A DNA stretch of 64,000 nucleotides from a virus. Numbering within the stretch: the stretch's first letter is position 1; each line of letters starts with the position of its first letter. A program made the translations under genes and the position numbers. The notes below the pieces were generated by a model. The model saw only the letters and a program-made list of their open reading frames with translations. It made no database searches and was not told where the DNA came from. Positions 9,443 to 20,388 of the stretch are shown piece after piece. The stretch spans positions 32,001 through 96,000 of the IMG/VR virus record IMGVR_UViG_3300037840_000188, one strand, 5' to 3'.

Positions 9443-11893
9443 TTACTTCGGGGCGAACGGATTATCCGGAGAATATTGAGGTGTAGGAGGAGGCATTAAA
9501 CTACCGCCTTGTGCACCTGTAATCGGCGGCACCACGCCACTCTTCTTCTGGTCCGCTACGGCAGCGGCGCGCTCTTCCAGGATTATCTTTTTAGCCTCGG
9601 ACAGTTTATCGAGCATCAGTTTTGTGCTGTCCGGGTCAAGGCCATGTAGGCGGTCGAACGTCGGAGTATGCTTCATGCCTTCATTGAATACCGGGAAGGA
9701 CCGAGACCCGATGCCCTGGAGCGCGGCAGACCCAGAGCGAAGTCTTTCGAAGGCCGTACCGGTGAATATATCGTCATACGGAGTACTGAACCCAAGCTGG
9801 TATTTCATGTAAGAAGGAATTAAATTCTTCCCCTTCACCTCGTTCAGCCTCTTCGTCAGATCGTCGATTTGGGTAACGACTGGATCTAATATTGAAATGG
9901 ATTTCTGCGCTCCTGCGCTCAGCACATCAGGCATTGGTAGCCCATGAGAAGAGGCGTAGAGTTGAACGCCCTGCATTTGACGACCAGTCGGCGCAGGCCC
10001 TTTGCCTGCTATGTAATTCTCATAATTCGCCTTCGCCAGCGGATCGTTAAACTCGACTGACTTTGGAGCGCCGCTCGCGGGCCTTGATACCGTCCCACCC
10101 ACGGGAGGAGGAATACCTCCGCCGTTTATTGCTGGCGGTACCACAACAGGCATGCCACCACCCTTCGTCCGCGTTGTTGTGATCGGCGGCGCGCCGGGCT
10201 GTTCACTCACGCTCTTACTTGGAATGAATGAAGGATTCACCCCCGCACCAGCAACTGGAGCAGGCCCGATTAGATCTCGCCGGGATTCAAATACAGGATG
10301 CCCAGTCGCATCGACGCCTGTTTGGACTGGCGCTACTTCACCTGGAGTATAAAGATTGGATAGCGGCGCACCGGTAGGGGCTCCACTGCGCGCTCCCACG
10401 CCAACCGGATTTCCGTTTGCGTCCACAAAATACCGATTCGATTCGGTACCGACATGGACATCCATCGGTTCGCGCGTGATCTTGTTCACATCAAGAGTTA
10501 CTGGTGCGTTATCCGCAACGCCCGCCAACGCAGCGTCGAACGTGCCGGGATACTGCTTGCGAATGTCTCCAGCCTTCAGGTTGGTCAGACGCTCTGGCGT
10601 ATAGAGCGCGCTTCCAATCCCCGGCATCATCGGCACTGGTGCACCGATAAGAGAGCCAATTATCGAAGGAATCACATATTCAGAATATCCTTGAGCCTTC
10701 AGTTTTGCGGGAAGTTCTGCGATTCGCGGATCATTCATCAACCGAATCCGGTTCTCGACCAAGTCCGCCTGCTGCCGAAGCGCTTCGTTATGCGCCAGTT
10801 CATCGTTCATCGCTTGCTGCATCAAAGGGCGATTCGCAGGAGCAGCCCACCGCCGGTCGCCCATGTACTTATTCATGATGTCCTGTGGGTCTTTAATGAG
10901 CGGCGTGAGCGGTGCGGCGGTCACAGGTACTGGTAATGTTGTGGGTACTCCGGGAGTGCCTGCTGCGACCGAAGGAGATGGTAGGGCAGCGGCGGAGGCG
11001 GGAAGCGGAGGGGTGGCCTGAGGGGTAAACTTCTGTACCAGTTGATTACCCGCATCCCCAGGCCTGCTCATCAAATCATGGCCGATAGCCCTATGGGTTC
11101 CTGGGTCGTAAATAATCCCAGTGTTTTGATCTCGCTTCAGTACGGACCCATTAGGACCGGAAAAATCCTGCATGGATTGCAATTGCTGGGGGGTTACTTC
11201 TTCGCCTGGAAGCTGCGTGCGGGATGCATAATTCTGCGCTGCTGCGCTCAGTGTGGAATCCGATGCTGGAGCGACACCGGCAGTCTGCTGTACGCCCCCG
11301 CTCGGCGCAGGAATAGCCCCGCTAAAAACACCCTGAAGATAGCTCGATATATTCGTTCCGTCCGGGCCGATCAGGTCTGGCTGTTGAAGATTCGGGAGGT
11401 CCGCATTGGACACGCGCGGCTGCGCTGGCGCTCCAGCCACTGGCGGCGGCACCTCAATCCGCCCCCCATTTGCAGGATTTGCCGCTGGACTGGTGGCTGG
11501 CTGCGCCACATTCGGCAACGCATTTCCACCACTACCGGCTACTTGACCAGGAGGCGTAGCGCCGGGCGGCGGTGGGGGTGGCGTCTGCTGCTGTTGACCA
11601 GCACTCTGCGCAAGGGTCCCTACACCGTTCTGTAGAGCCTGATTATCCTTCTGGCGCTTTTGGACGGTCTTGGAGAAATCCTGAATAATGCCACCCATCG
11701 GCTTTCCCGACAGGGCATCAGTGGCATGCTGAAGCAGCGCGGATCTAGCATCCGGGTCCGACTCCTCAGCGGCCTGTTTTGCCCACATCTGACCGAGGAG
11801 ACTTCGGCGCTGTTCGAGAATTTCCCGCATCTGCTGGCCGTATTGCCCAGCAGCCTGGCCAAAGCCACCGAGCGCGAGTGCAAACCCACCCAT
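9443..11893 (-). CDS. putative internal virion/ejection protein
   Basis: Starts MGGFALALGGFGQAA; Pro/Gln-rich; podovirus-like position. Confidence 0.55.
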   Translation of the reverse strand: MGGFALALGGFGQAAGQYGQQMREILEQRRSLLGQMWAKQAAEESDPDARSALLQHATDALSGKPMGGIIQDFSKTVQKRQKDNQALQNGVGTLAQSAGQQQQTPPPPPPGATPPGQVAGSGGNALPNVAQPATSPAANPANGGRIEVPPPVAGAPAQPRVSNADLPNLQQPDLIGPDGTNISSYLQGVFSGAIPAPSGGVQQTAGVAPASDSTLSAAAQNYASRTQLPGEEVTPQQLQSMQDFSGPNGSVLKRDQNTGIIYDPGTHRAIGHDLMSRPGDAGNQLVQKFTPQATPPLPASAAALPSPSVAAGTPGVPTTLPVPVTAAPLTPLIKDPQDIMNKYMGDRRWAAPANRPLMQQAMNDELAHNEALRQQADLVENRIRLMNDPRIAELPAKLKAQGYSEYVIPSIIGSLIGAPVPMMPGIGSALYTPERLTNLKAGDIRKQYPGTFDAALAGVADNAPVTLDVNKITREPMDVHVGTESNRYFVDANGNPVGVGARSGAPTGAPLSNLYTPGEVAPVQTGVDATGHPVFESRRDLIGPAPVAGAGVNPSFIPSKSVSEQPGAPPITTTRTKGGGMPVVVPPAINGGGIPPPVGGTVSRPASGAPKSVEFNDPLAKANYENYIAGKGPAPTGRQMQGVQLYASSHGLPMPDVLSAGAQKSISILDPVVTQIDDLTKRLNEVKGKNLIPSYMKYQLGFSTPYDDIFTGTAFERLRSGSAALQGIGSRSFPVFNEGMKHTPTFDRLHGLDPDSTKLMLDKLSEAKKIILEERAAAVADQKKSGVVPPITGAQGGSLMPPPTPQYSPDNPFAPK

Positions 11894-12690
11894 TATGCGA
11901 GAGCCCTCCTCAATGCCATATCAAACACCGGGCGAAGCATCCACCGCACCGGCCCCCTTACGAGCGGAGCGATTTGTCGTCCAATCTTCCGGTATAGCCC
12001 CACTACAACGCTCCCAATTCGGGTGCGGGAGTATTCCATAGCGAGCCACTGGCGAACCGCGTGTGTGCGGATATCGTCCGCACCGTACACCGCTGCTGCG
12101 ATCCAGCAGAGAGTGCCCCAGCCATTACCACCGCCGCCAAAGAGATTGCCTGCCAAGCTGCCACCGCCCGATACTGGTAACGATGCCAGCCCAAACAGAC
12201 CACCACCGATGGCCGCATCAATAGCATTCGACATCTGCTGCACCTGAAGCGCGTTCTGCACACCCGCATTCGCGCTCGATGCTCCTGTATTCAGTAGGTT
12301 GGTCCCGAGCCCTTCCTGCTGGAGCCCGATCTGCGGCAGCGCGCTGGCCGCGCTTGTTCGTGCCCCGCCGAATAAGGATTGGATCTGCTGGTTCGGTGCG
12401 TAACTGGCACCAAAGAGAGTTCCCGACCGACCGCCACCGCGAGGCGTGAGGGTTGAAATACCTTGGAGCTGCTGCTGATTGGCCTGTCGAATCTGATCGA
12501 TGTTCGGTTGAAGAACGGCGGTTGTGTTCGCTCGATTGCCGTTCAGGATCGTTGAAAGAAAATTCGTCCCACTCGTAACATTGGGAGACCCGGCGGCGAA
12601 CTGGGCGTTCGACTGAGCATTTGCCTGCTGGGTTTCGGCTAGCTGCTGATTCTGGGCGTTCTTGACAGATTGATTAGCGCCAAACGACAC
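11893..12690 (-). CDS. putative ejection protein with CFI-box-like C-terminus
   Basis: Gln/Asn/Gly-rich body, then GGGG...CWIAAAVYG...LYRKIG. Confidence 0.55.
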   Translation of the reverse strand: MSFGANQSVKNAQNQQLAETQQANAQSNAQFAAGSPNVTSGTNFLSTILNGNRANTTAVLQPNIDQIRQANQQQLQGISTLTPRGGGRSGTLFGASYAPNQQIQSLFGGARTSAASALPQIGLQQEGLGTNLLNTGASSANAGVQNALQVQQMSNAIDAAIGGGLFGLASLPVSGGGSLAGNLFGGGGNGWGTLCWIAAAVYGADDIRTHAVRQWLAMEYSRTRIGSVVVGLYRKIGRQIAPLVRGPVRWMLRPVFDMALRRALA

Positions 12691-12691
12691 G

Positions 12692-13168
12692 TCAATTCAC
12701 CTCCGTAGGGCCAACCCTCTTGCTCAATACGCGCCACGGCTCCTCAGTAAAACCAAAGACCTCGGCCAACTGCTTTACCTCTCCCTCGGGAGCGAAGAGG
12801 AACGCATTAATCACGCCGACACGAGAGACGATTTCATTTTCCATGAAGTGAGCCATGCTCTTGAGGTACATACGGTGTTTGGGAAGTAGATGCAACGGCT
12901 CGATATGCAGAGTTGCTTGCGCAACCAAAAAGCTTTCGGTCGGCTCTCCATCTTCCAAAATGCCAACTATGAAGCTAGTGGATGGATCGGGGAGAACCGC
13001 GCCAGCACGCTCGAAGACCGGCACGAGTTTCTGGCATTCCTCAGGAGTCAAAATTCTCATCTCGATCTTTTTATCTCGGGATGGATTGTCGGAGTATGCC
13101 GTATCAATCGGCTCCGCGCCGGGGAGTGGAAGCAGATCGATATGTGCGGGGGCGCTCATCTCTATCAA
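12692..13168 (-). CDS. hypothetical protein, possibly GNAT-like virion assembly factor
   Basis: Lies between nozzle and ejection genes; EVFGF near C-terminus. Confidence 0.45.
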   Translation of the reverse strand: MIEMSAPAHIDLLPLPGAEPIDTAYSDNPSRDKKIEMRILTPEECQKLVPVFERAGAVLPDPSTSFIVGILEDGEPTESFLVAQATLHIEPLHLLPKHRMYLKSMAHFMENEIVSRVGVINAFLFAPEGEVKQLAEVFGFTEEPWRVLSKRVGPTEVN

Positions 13169-13178
13169 GTATAACGCC

Positions 13179-16100
13179 TCAAGTCTTGTAAATCTGGAGG
13201 TTGAGGTAACTGGGTTGCTGCCAAAATTTCACCTCTGGCGCAAAACTTTCCGGAAACAAAGCAAACGGAATACCCCCCGAGTCCAACTCGAAGGCCGCCG
13301 AGAGGAATTTTGCTCCCTGTTCGAACATTTGTTCCTGGATTTTAAACTGACCACCGGTGGAGGGAATCACCACCGAGTAAACGCGGCCATCTTGTGTGGT
13401 GACGGTAAATGTGATCGGCGATGTACTTATGACCCCTGCATATAAGCGCCTCAAGTGCAACCAGGTTCCAGGTGAATCCAATGGAATAAATTGAGTCAAC
13501 ACTCTCGTCGATAGGTACGGCATTAAATACCAGGCAAACTCGGTCAGGTACAAACGCGGCCCAGCGGGACCGCCAGTCCATGAAAAAAGCACTGAAACGT
13601 TTCGGTACAGAGTCAGTATGCTAGGGACATTAGAGATATTCAGGATATTCTGGGTGCGAGGACCGTTTACAGTAAATTGTTGCGCTGGCCCAGCAACTGC
13701 TCCGTTATTGTAATATTGCGTTGCATTGACAATACCGACACCATCCGAATCCGTTACGTAATCCGTGGGGAGTTTTTGCGCACGAAGATCCCCTCCATCC
13801 AGATACGGCACCTGCGCCTGCGAAGTAATATCCACCCCCGCATCATCATTCCCGCCAGCCGAATAAATATTTCCTGACGTAGCTCCGAGTAGCAGGATCT
13901 CCGGCGTCGACGGCGCGGTCACCGACTCATCAACCAGATAATGATTTAAAATCTGATCTCCGTAAGTATGCGGAAACCACCGCTGATGACGAATATCAAA
14001 CCGTAGCGTATTCTGCGCGCTGTTCACGTCAAGATAATCAAAAAATATCTCAAAGTCCCCCGCGCTCAACCGCATGAACTTTCCGGTCTGCGTCATGTCG
14101 ACCGCCGCAAGAGACGGTGACCCAACCGCAGGAGCCCCATCATGCGGAAACAGCGGATACAACTGCGCATCCGTTATGCACTTCGCCCCGGACTCATTGG
14201 CGAGATAGATTCCGTCTCTCCCGAGGAAATAAACTCCATCTGGCCCTCTACAGGATGTCCACCGCGTCCACATTCCCGATGGCGACGGTACGCGATTGAA
14301 CTGATAAACGGAGTTCGTGATGAACGAATACCGAACAAGGAAGATGTTGTCGCGCGATCCAACGATCACAATTCCGTTCCATACCTGACCCGAGATCAGG
14401 GGCTCGCTCGGTGGCGTCAATTCCAGAAAGTTTGTATCACCAGCAGAATCTCCATCCGAAAAATTAGTCCAGTAGAGATTACCCCCGCTCACGGGATCTC
14501 CCAGCGCGAAGACTACCGGAGCCAGCGGGCCTTCGAGAGGGCCGAACGCGTACGGCAGTGGTTGTCCGGCGAGTGTCGGCGATGCGATCAGATATGGGAC
14601 GTTTGTCTGAACACCGGCATCCGTGAATAGCTCAAGAAACGTTGTCGAGCGCGGTTGTCCATATGTCTGGTAATCCACGCCATTGATGGAAATAACCGTT
14701 GCCGATAGAAGCGCCGTATTAAACGGTGTCCCACTGACCCATTCGACTGACGTGCCGACGACATTCACAAAACCAGACCACGGCAGGCCAAGTAACGGCC
14801 ACGGCTGGATCTTCGTCAGATCCGGAGCTGGGCTTGCAAGTATCGAGGTGTCGGGGAGGCCATCCAGGAAGGAATTAGGAGAGCCTGAGTTATTAACGAC
14901 CGTCGCGTCATAAACAAAACCGGTTAACGTGCCACCCTGTCGGTAAATATCGAGCGAATCCACGCCCGCCGCGCTGGTCGCTTGAGGTGTAACGAGTACA
15001 GATTCTCTGAGTGGAAACAGATCGTAGCGTGTTTGCGGCCCTGGCACCGACTCCGCACCGGTGGTCGAGTCGCGATCCACGGACTGATAGAGGTAGCCCG
15101 TGGGTGAGTTCGGTTGGATCGTGGGACCATACGTGCCGAAGAAATAAAACCAGTCCACTCCCCAAAAACCGATTGCAGCGGTTGTTGTTACTACGAACCC
15201 CACGGCATATATAGAAGAAAATCCCAGGCTGAGGTCACTGCCAGTCCGGGTGCCGCTGGAAATGGGAATCACGATCTCTACCCATACGCCAAAGGTTCCA
15301 ACCTCGAATGCTCCCATCTGCTCCTGGGTAACCGTCCATGACCAGTAATTAGTCGTGAAGGCTGTACCGGCAGGCGTTCCTGGGTCTACGTCAACTAGAA
15401 TCTGAAGCGAGACCACGACAGACGGTTCTTCGAGAAATAGAGAAACATGGAGGTAATCGTTGGCAGGATCGATGCTGCGCCCAAGATTAGTGAGAGACCC
15501 GTTTTCTCCTGGAGGAGATCCTCCTGAATTAATCTTAGCTGCAAGTGCAGTGATACCTACAATCGACGTCTGAACGGAAATATATTGAGAGGTGATCGTC
15601 TCGGTTGCTACATGAGCCTGTGTCGTATAGCAGTACCACGACAGAATGCCATTGACCGTAGCCCCGGCGGCGTGATTATGAATCGTCGAGCAGCGAACAG
15701 AATAGGCCGTTCCGTCCGGGGAAAGATTAACTTCAAGAACTCGAACTATCTCCGTGCCACCACCACCGACGATCTGGATCAGAGAGTTGCGCGCCAATCC
15801 TGCGGGTAGATTGACGAGCACGAGAGAGCACGCGCCGGTAGTGCCGGAGTCATACTGAATGGCGGAAATCGTGGTATTAGTAATTGGCTGATGAATCTCC
15901 CGAACAACTACGTACTCCACGTTCGCCTGTCCGAAATTCAGCACCACTGCCATGCGTTCCCCGCTCCACGAGGAGCCGTTCACAGAGGGCTGAATGCAGG
16001 CCCAGCCAGTAGTTCCGGAATTATACAGAATGCTCGATATTGTCGCGCCTGCGCCATTGGTTCGATCAGCGGAAGAGACTATAGCGGGCGAAGTGGCGTT

Positions 16101-16628
16101 CCATCCAGAGTCGCTTTGCCCGTCTACAATATCAGCCGCAGCCGGAGCGCCGTATTCGATCTTCGGGGCTTTGATCGGCGGCGCAACCCCGATCATGCGG
16201 GTAGTGGCATCTGGACGTACTTTTACTTGCTTATTGGCATCGTAAACATACATCCAACTCTCGGGTGACTGTTCGGGGCGGAATGTAACCAGAGAAAGTG
16301 GATTCCCGGAGTACCCAGTATCGATCTGCGCGAGTGCATTTTCCGCGCCAGCTTCGACGATAGTTCCATTGCCAACCACATTGATGTATCCAGTGGCGGC
16401 GAAGGATTCGTCTGGATCATTGAGGCGGCGAATCGAGTGCAGGAGCTTTGGAGCAGATGCCGAGTCATCGTAGAGACTGTAGCCGGGGCGTCCTTCGACG
16501 CGGCCCTCTTCGATCACACGGACATTGGAGAGAACGGGGAAGGAGCCAGGCGGCATCCTGTCGACCACATGAACCAGATCGATTCCAGAGCAGTCGAGGC
16601 GGACTGGTGTGCGGATTATTTCAGGCAT
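13179..16628 (-). CDS. tail nozzle / tubular protein B-like
   Basis: 1149 aa, beta-rich; NVRV...VEGRPGY N-terminus, GVYFLGRDGIY. Confidence 0.6.
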   Translation of the reverse strand: MPEIIRTPVRLDCSGIDLVHVVDRMPPGSFPVLSNVRVIEEGRVEGRPGYSLYDDSASAPKLLHSIRRLNDPDESFAATGYINVVGNGTIVEAGAENALAQIDTGYSGNPLSLVTFRPEQSPESWMYVYDANKQVKVRPDATTRMIGVAPPIKAPKIEYGAPAAADIVDGQSDSGWNATSPAIVSSADRTNGAGATISSILYNSGTTGWACIQPSVNGSSWSGERMAVVLNFGQANVEYVVVREIHQPITNTTISAIQYDSGTTGACSLVLVNLPAGLARNSLIQIVGGGGTEIVRVLEVNLSPDGTAYSVRCSTIHNHAAGATVNGILSWYCYTTQAHVATETITSQYISVQTSIVGITALAAKINSGGSPPGENGSLTNLGRSIDPANDYLHVSLFLEEPSVVVSLQILVDVDPGTPAGTAFTTNYWSWTVTQEQMGAFEVGTFGVWVEIVIPISSGTRTGSDLSLGFSSIYAVGFVVTTTAAIGFWGVDWFYFFGTYGPTIQPNSPTGYLYQSVDRDSTTGAESVPGPQTRYDLFPLRESVLVTPQATSAAGVDSLDIYRQGGTLTGFVYDATVVNNSGSPNSFLDGLPDTSILASPAPDLTKIQPWPLLGLPWSGFVNVVGTSVEWVSGTPFNTALLSATVISINGVDYQTYGQPRSTTFLELFTDAGVQTNVPYLIASPTLAGQPLPYAFGPLEGPLAPVVFALGDPVSGGNLYWTNFSDGDSAGDTNFLELTPPSEPLISGQVWNGIVIVGSRDNIFLVRYSFITNSVYQFNRVPSPSGMWTRWTSCRGPDGVYFLGRDGIYLANESGAKCITDAQLYPLFPHDGAPAVGSPSLAAVDMTQTGKFMRLSAGDFEIFFDYLDVNSAQNTLRFDIRHQRWFPHTYGDQILNHYLVDESVTAPSTPEILLLGATSGNIYSAGGNDDAGVDITSQAQVPYLDGGDLRAQKLPTDYVTDSDGVGIVNATQYYNNGAVAGPAQQFTVNGPRTQNILNISNVPSILTLYRNVSVLFSWTGGPAGPRLYLTEFAWYLMPYLSTRVLTQFIPLDSPGTWLHLRRLYAGVISTSPITFTVTTQDGRVYSVVIPSTGGQFKIQEQMFEQGAKFLSAAFELDSGGIPFALFPESFAPEVKFWQQPSYLNLQIYKT

Positions 16629-16651
16629 CTTGTAATACTCTATATATCGAC

Positions 16652-18607
16652 TTACTGGTCATAACAATAATTGAAACTTATAGTTCGGGTAGAACCCGCC
16701 GTGACGGTTGCCTTGATATTACCGGCTCCGTCGTAAGACAGGACGAAATCAGAACTGGAGTGAAGGTCTGTGGTGGATGACAGGCCAGTGTTAAACACAC
16801 TAACAGCTACATAACCATCGGTCCCATCCACCGCTCGAATATCGACCGTAGTGGCCGATGATGGAACAGTGATTATCGTAGTCGGGGTAGCCGTGCCAGG
16901 CACGTTAGTGGAACTTGTCTGGCAGGTTTGCTGATCGGTGTATATAGTACTGCCACTTGAATCAGCGACGAGCGGATTTCCCCGAACGGTGGGAAGCCCA
17001 TACAAATCGTTACTGGCAGAAATTATCGTTCGAAGCGCGGTTGCCGCGATGGATACAAATGCAGGACTGCCAGGGGCATGTGTAATTGTTGTCTCACCTC
17101 GGATGTCCACATTCTGCGCATTCGCAATTGATAAATTAGGCGTACCCGCGTGCCCGCTGTTTACGATTGCATCGGCAGAGAATCTCGCCGTTTGACCCAC
17201 CGGCGAACCGCCCTGAAGGCAGTTGAGGGTTGGATTGACGTTGAATACTATTCCGTAGATAGACTCAAAGTAATTATTTTCGGATACAAATGAGCAAGCC
17301 GCGTCCACACGAACTCCCTTTTGTCCGGTGTTTGCCAGAAGCCCATCGATAATATTATTCGTGAAAGTTATGTGTGGCGCGTTCACAGCCCCTAAGACTT
17401 CGTTCTGTACCTGTTGAAAATAATTGTTTTCTACCCTCCATCCATTTGGGCCTCCGTTGCTACCTGCAAGATTCAGTCCGATAGCTCGTTGCGAACTCGC
17501 GAAAAAGAAATTATGAGCGATAGTCCCGGCGAAGATACTCGTACCAGTATTAAGGGAGGCGGTCGAATTCATGGTATCAGGAATGCAATTCTCAAAGAAG
17601 TTTTGATCGATCTCCGGGCTCCGCGTCTGATCCACCCATAAACCCGTACTCGCCAGATTATTGCAGTCGAAAGCGATCCCATGAACGCGCGCCTGAAAGT
17701 CCTGCGAAGCGCCCTGAAGCCCCACAATCCTGCCATATTGTGCTCCAGTCCATTGGATGACGGTGCCAGGAGAGCCTCCATTGCCGAGCACCCCTTCGTC
17801 ATCGCAATCGTCACCTGTCGTCATATCCTTCACGAGATAAACGCTCGTCTGATAAATACCGGGAGAATACCTTACGACTCCACAGGGAATCTGAGAACGA
17901 GTCGCCAGAATAGCAGCACCAGAATCCGTCGATCCATCCGCACGAGCCCCGCGCCACTCCGGATACTGGATGCCGCCCGGCGCAAGGATTACGCAGGAGC
18001 CTCCAGCCGAGATATCGCAGATAGTCGACAAGCCTGCTAATGCAGCATCGAAGGTCACCGTTTGCCCGCTGGCCGGTTGTAATCTCCCAGTTGCCAGAAA
18101 AACCATTTGACAATTAAACACTTGCGTCGTGAGGCTTGCCCATGGTTTAGTTACATAAAGAGTGCCGTTTCCAGCCGCTGTACAGGCCGCTGTGATCGTT
18201 AAATAATTGACATCGCAGGTGGAATTTGCCGGGCAACCGCTCGTGCTTGTGATTGCGCCCCAGGTGAATGGGGCCGGTATTCCACCCCCCGAAAGGCTGA
18301 CATCATAAATACCATCAGGTGCGTAATATCCCCAGTACCCGGTTTTGGACGCAGTAAACGGATTGCTTAATGGCGTGATTCCGTTGTCGGAATAAAGAGT
18401 GGCGTGGGTCAGTGTCCCGGAGACGAAAACTGTGATTACGCACTGAGGATACGATTGTTGAACTTTAGTGGTTGATGGGACCGTTGAGGTAACTACTACC
18501 TGACCACCCTGCTGGCAATAACCAGAAGTCCTGGCCATCCCGAATACAGAGCCACAGAGAATCAAAGCGACAAAGGCAACCCGTGACAGCAGCCGAAAAA
18601 GTCCCAT
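16652..18607 (-). CDS. tailspike-like beta-helix (pectin-lyase fold) protein
   Basis: ATLYSDN...NPF head-binding-like segment, GARADGSTDSGAAI, Asn-ladder repeats. Confidence 0.7.
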   Translation of the reverse strand: MGLFRLLSRVAFVALILCGSVFGMARTSGYCQQGGQVVVTSTVPSTTKVQQSYPQCVITVFVSGTLTHATLYSDNGITPLSNPFTASKTGYWGYYAPDGIYDVSLSGGGIPAPFTWGAITSTSGCPANSTCDVNYLTITAACTAAGNGTLYVTKPWASLTTQVFNCQMVFLATGRLQPASGQTVTFDAALAGLSTICDISAGGSCVILAPGGIQYPEWRGARADGSTDSGAAILATRSQIPCGVVRYSPGIYQTSVYLVKDMTTGDDCDDEGVLGNGGSPGTVIQWTGAQYGRIVGLQGASQDFQARVHGIAFDCNNLASTGLWVDQTRSPEIDQNFFENCIPDTMNSTASLNTGTSIFAGTIAHNFFFASSQRAIGLNLAGSNGGPNGWRVENNYFQQVQNEVLGAVNAPHITFTNNIIDGLLANTGQKGVRVDAACSFVSENNYFESIYGIVFNVNPTLNCLQGGSPVGQTARFSADAIVNSGHAGTPNLSIANAQNVDIRGETTITHAPGSPAFVSIAATALRTIISASNDLYGLPTVRGNPLVADSSGSTIYTDQQTCQTSSTNVPGTATPTTIITVPSSATTVDIRAVDGTDGYVAVSVFNTGLSSTTDLHSSSDFVLSYDGAGNIKATVTAGSTRTISFNYCYDQ

Positions 18608-18670
18608 GTCATTGATTATAGGGCCGTACTGGCTGAAAAGGCTTTACGGTAAATAGAAATGAAAAGCCCA

Positions 18671-19999
18671 TCAGGCTGCTGTGGTAGCCTTGCGTTCCAT
18701 GCGGTCCGGGCGCTGGGACTCCTCAAATTGCCACTGTGAGAAGGTCGGCTGGAAGTACCTGGCCTTGACTGCGAGGATCTGATTTCTCGATACGCAGGCC
18801 TTGGTGAAATTATCCAGGCCCTCTAATGTTTCCTGAAGTTCTTTGCCCCCGGATTTCAGTAATAGAACCGACAGCGCGTACTGCACGATCAGCGGAATAT
18901 CTTCCGGGCCTACTTGAATTGGATCTCCGAGCGCTGGCAACGGCGCTGCTGCAACCACATCCACTGCGACCGAGTACGCTTGATCTGGTATTCCCGCGAA
19001 TGCCAGAATGTCGTACATCTGGGCCGCCATCTGCGGCGGTCCGGGCTGATTGCGCCAATATGGGAAACCAGCGTCGATGTTCGCGAGAGTATCGAGTGGC
19101 AGCGGTATGCCGTTTAGCTGCAATCTAATGACGGATTTAGCTGTTCGCGCCATGTCTACAGCTTGCTGATAACGCTGAGCGCAGTACTGATACCTCAGAA
19201 CGTCATCGGTCTGACCGCCGGAAAATATAGACGCCAGCGCGCCATAGAGTACTCCATGAACCCACTCATCTGGAATATTCAACGTTGCATTCGGATTCGT
19301 GATATCGATTTCCAGTGAATCTACGGTGATAGCCTCAAGTGCGCTGGCGTTGACTGGCGCAGGCACGAGCTGCGCAGATAGTGGCGCATTCTCCGATTGG
19401 GAAAAGGCCACTGGCGATCCCGGTTGAAGAGTCCAGAGTTGATTATTGTGGTCAGTCGCCCACGCATCCTCGCGCCAGAGATTGGACCATGCACCTGAAG
19501 TCCCATCCTGAAGCGACAGCCGGTGAAGATAAACTGTGGTGTTGGGTAGCTGAATCAGCCCGTCGGGTGGCGTGACCGCGAAGTCCGTATTAGGATGAAT
19601 CGTAAACGGAAATTTGACGTCAATGACGAACGAATTCCGCACCCGCTGGATCGCGGTCAGGATATCGTTGACGGTGAGCTGGCCGGACATGCCGGTACCC
19701 GCAACACCGCTCGGGTTCTCCAGGAGCATGTATTGCATTTGCTGGCACAACTGATTAAGCGTCCAACTACGGGAACGCAGCGTGGGAAGAAGCGTCGAGA
19801 GATCGTACCACGGCGTCTGTGGGCCGATGGTGATTACGCCGCGCTGCCGCCACGCCGACGTGAGAGCACCAAACACCCTCAGGGCTTCGTAGATGGCGTA
19901 TTGGACCTCTGCGGTGACGTAAAATGCCCCGCTCGGGTCATCGAGGATGGTTTGAATCTGGGTGATGAGCGCGGATAATGTGACCTGAGTGTAAGCCAT
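18671..19999 (-). CDS. head-tail adaptor / tubular protein A-like
   Basis: LDDP...EVQYAIYEALR, L.P.P, IPDEWVHGVLYGA; internally duplicated layout. Confidence 0.55.
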   Translation of the reverse strand: MAYTQVTLSALITQIQTILDDPSGAFYVTAEVQYAIYEALRVFGALTSAWRQRGVITIGPQTPWYDLSTLLPTLRSRSWTLNQLCQQMQYMLLENPSGVAGTGMSGQLTVNDILTAIQRVRNSFVIDVKFPFTIHPNTDFAVTPPDGLIQLPNTTVYLHRLSLQDGTSGAWSNLWREDAWATDHNNQLWTLQPGSPVAFSQSENAPLSAQLVPAPVNASALEAITVDSLEIDITNPNATLNIPDEWVHGVLYGALASIFSGGQTDDVLRYQYCAQRYQQAVDMARTAKSVIRLQLNGIPLPLDTLANIDAGFPYWRNQPGPPQMAAQMYDILAFAGIPDQAYSVAVDVVAAAPLPALGDPIQVGPEDIPLIVQYALSVLLLKSGGKELQETLEGLDNFTKACVSRNQILAVKARYFQPTFSQWQFEESQRPDRMERKATTAA

Positions 20000-20074
20000 C
20001 TCATTTGATGATACTCAGGGCTGACGCCTCAAGCGCAATCAATAGTTTTCGACGCTGCCCTGCGGAGGCTGTAT

Positions 20075-20383
20075 TCATCTCGCTTTGATTTCATGACGAT
20101 GCTTCATGTCCTCATCGCTAACGAATTTCAGAGAGCCGAGAGATTCCCTTCGCGCATCATTGAGATGTCGGTCGTGAAGTTGATTGTAACGATGCATCCA
20201 GTTACGTGCGATCCCCTCGCTGGACTCTGCCTTGCGTAACGCAGCGCGTATTTCCATATTTTTTGCGAGGATCTCCTTTTGAAGCTCTAAGGCGTGGTGG
20301 CGGTAGCCTTCTACCTTATCCAAAAGCTGCCTTTTACGCACGTCGGCGTAGCGCTTTTCAAGCCAAGTATAGAGGCGATACAT
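20075..20383 (-). CDS. hypothetical coiled-coil protein
   Basis: ORF track, operon position. Confidence 0.5.
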   Translation of the reverse strand: MYRLYTWLEKRYADVRKRQLLDKVEGYRHHALELQKEILAKNMEIRAALRKAESSEGIARNWMHRYNQLHDRHLNDARRESLGSLKFVSDEDMKHRHEIKAR

Positions 20384-20388
20384 CGCGC

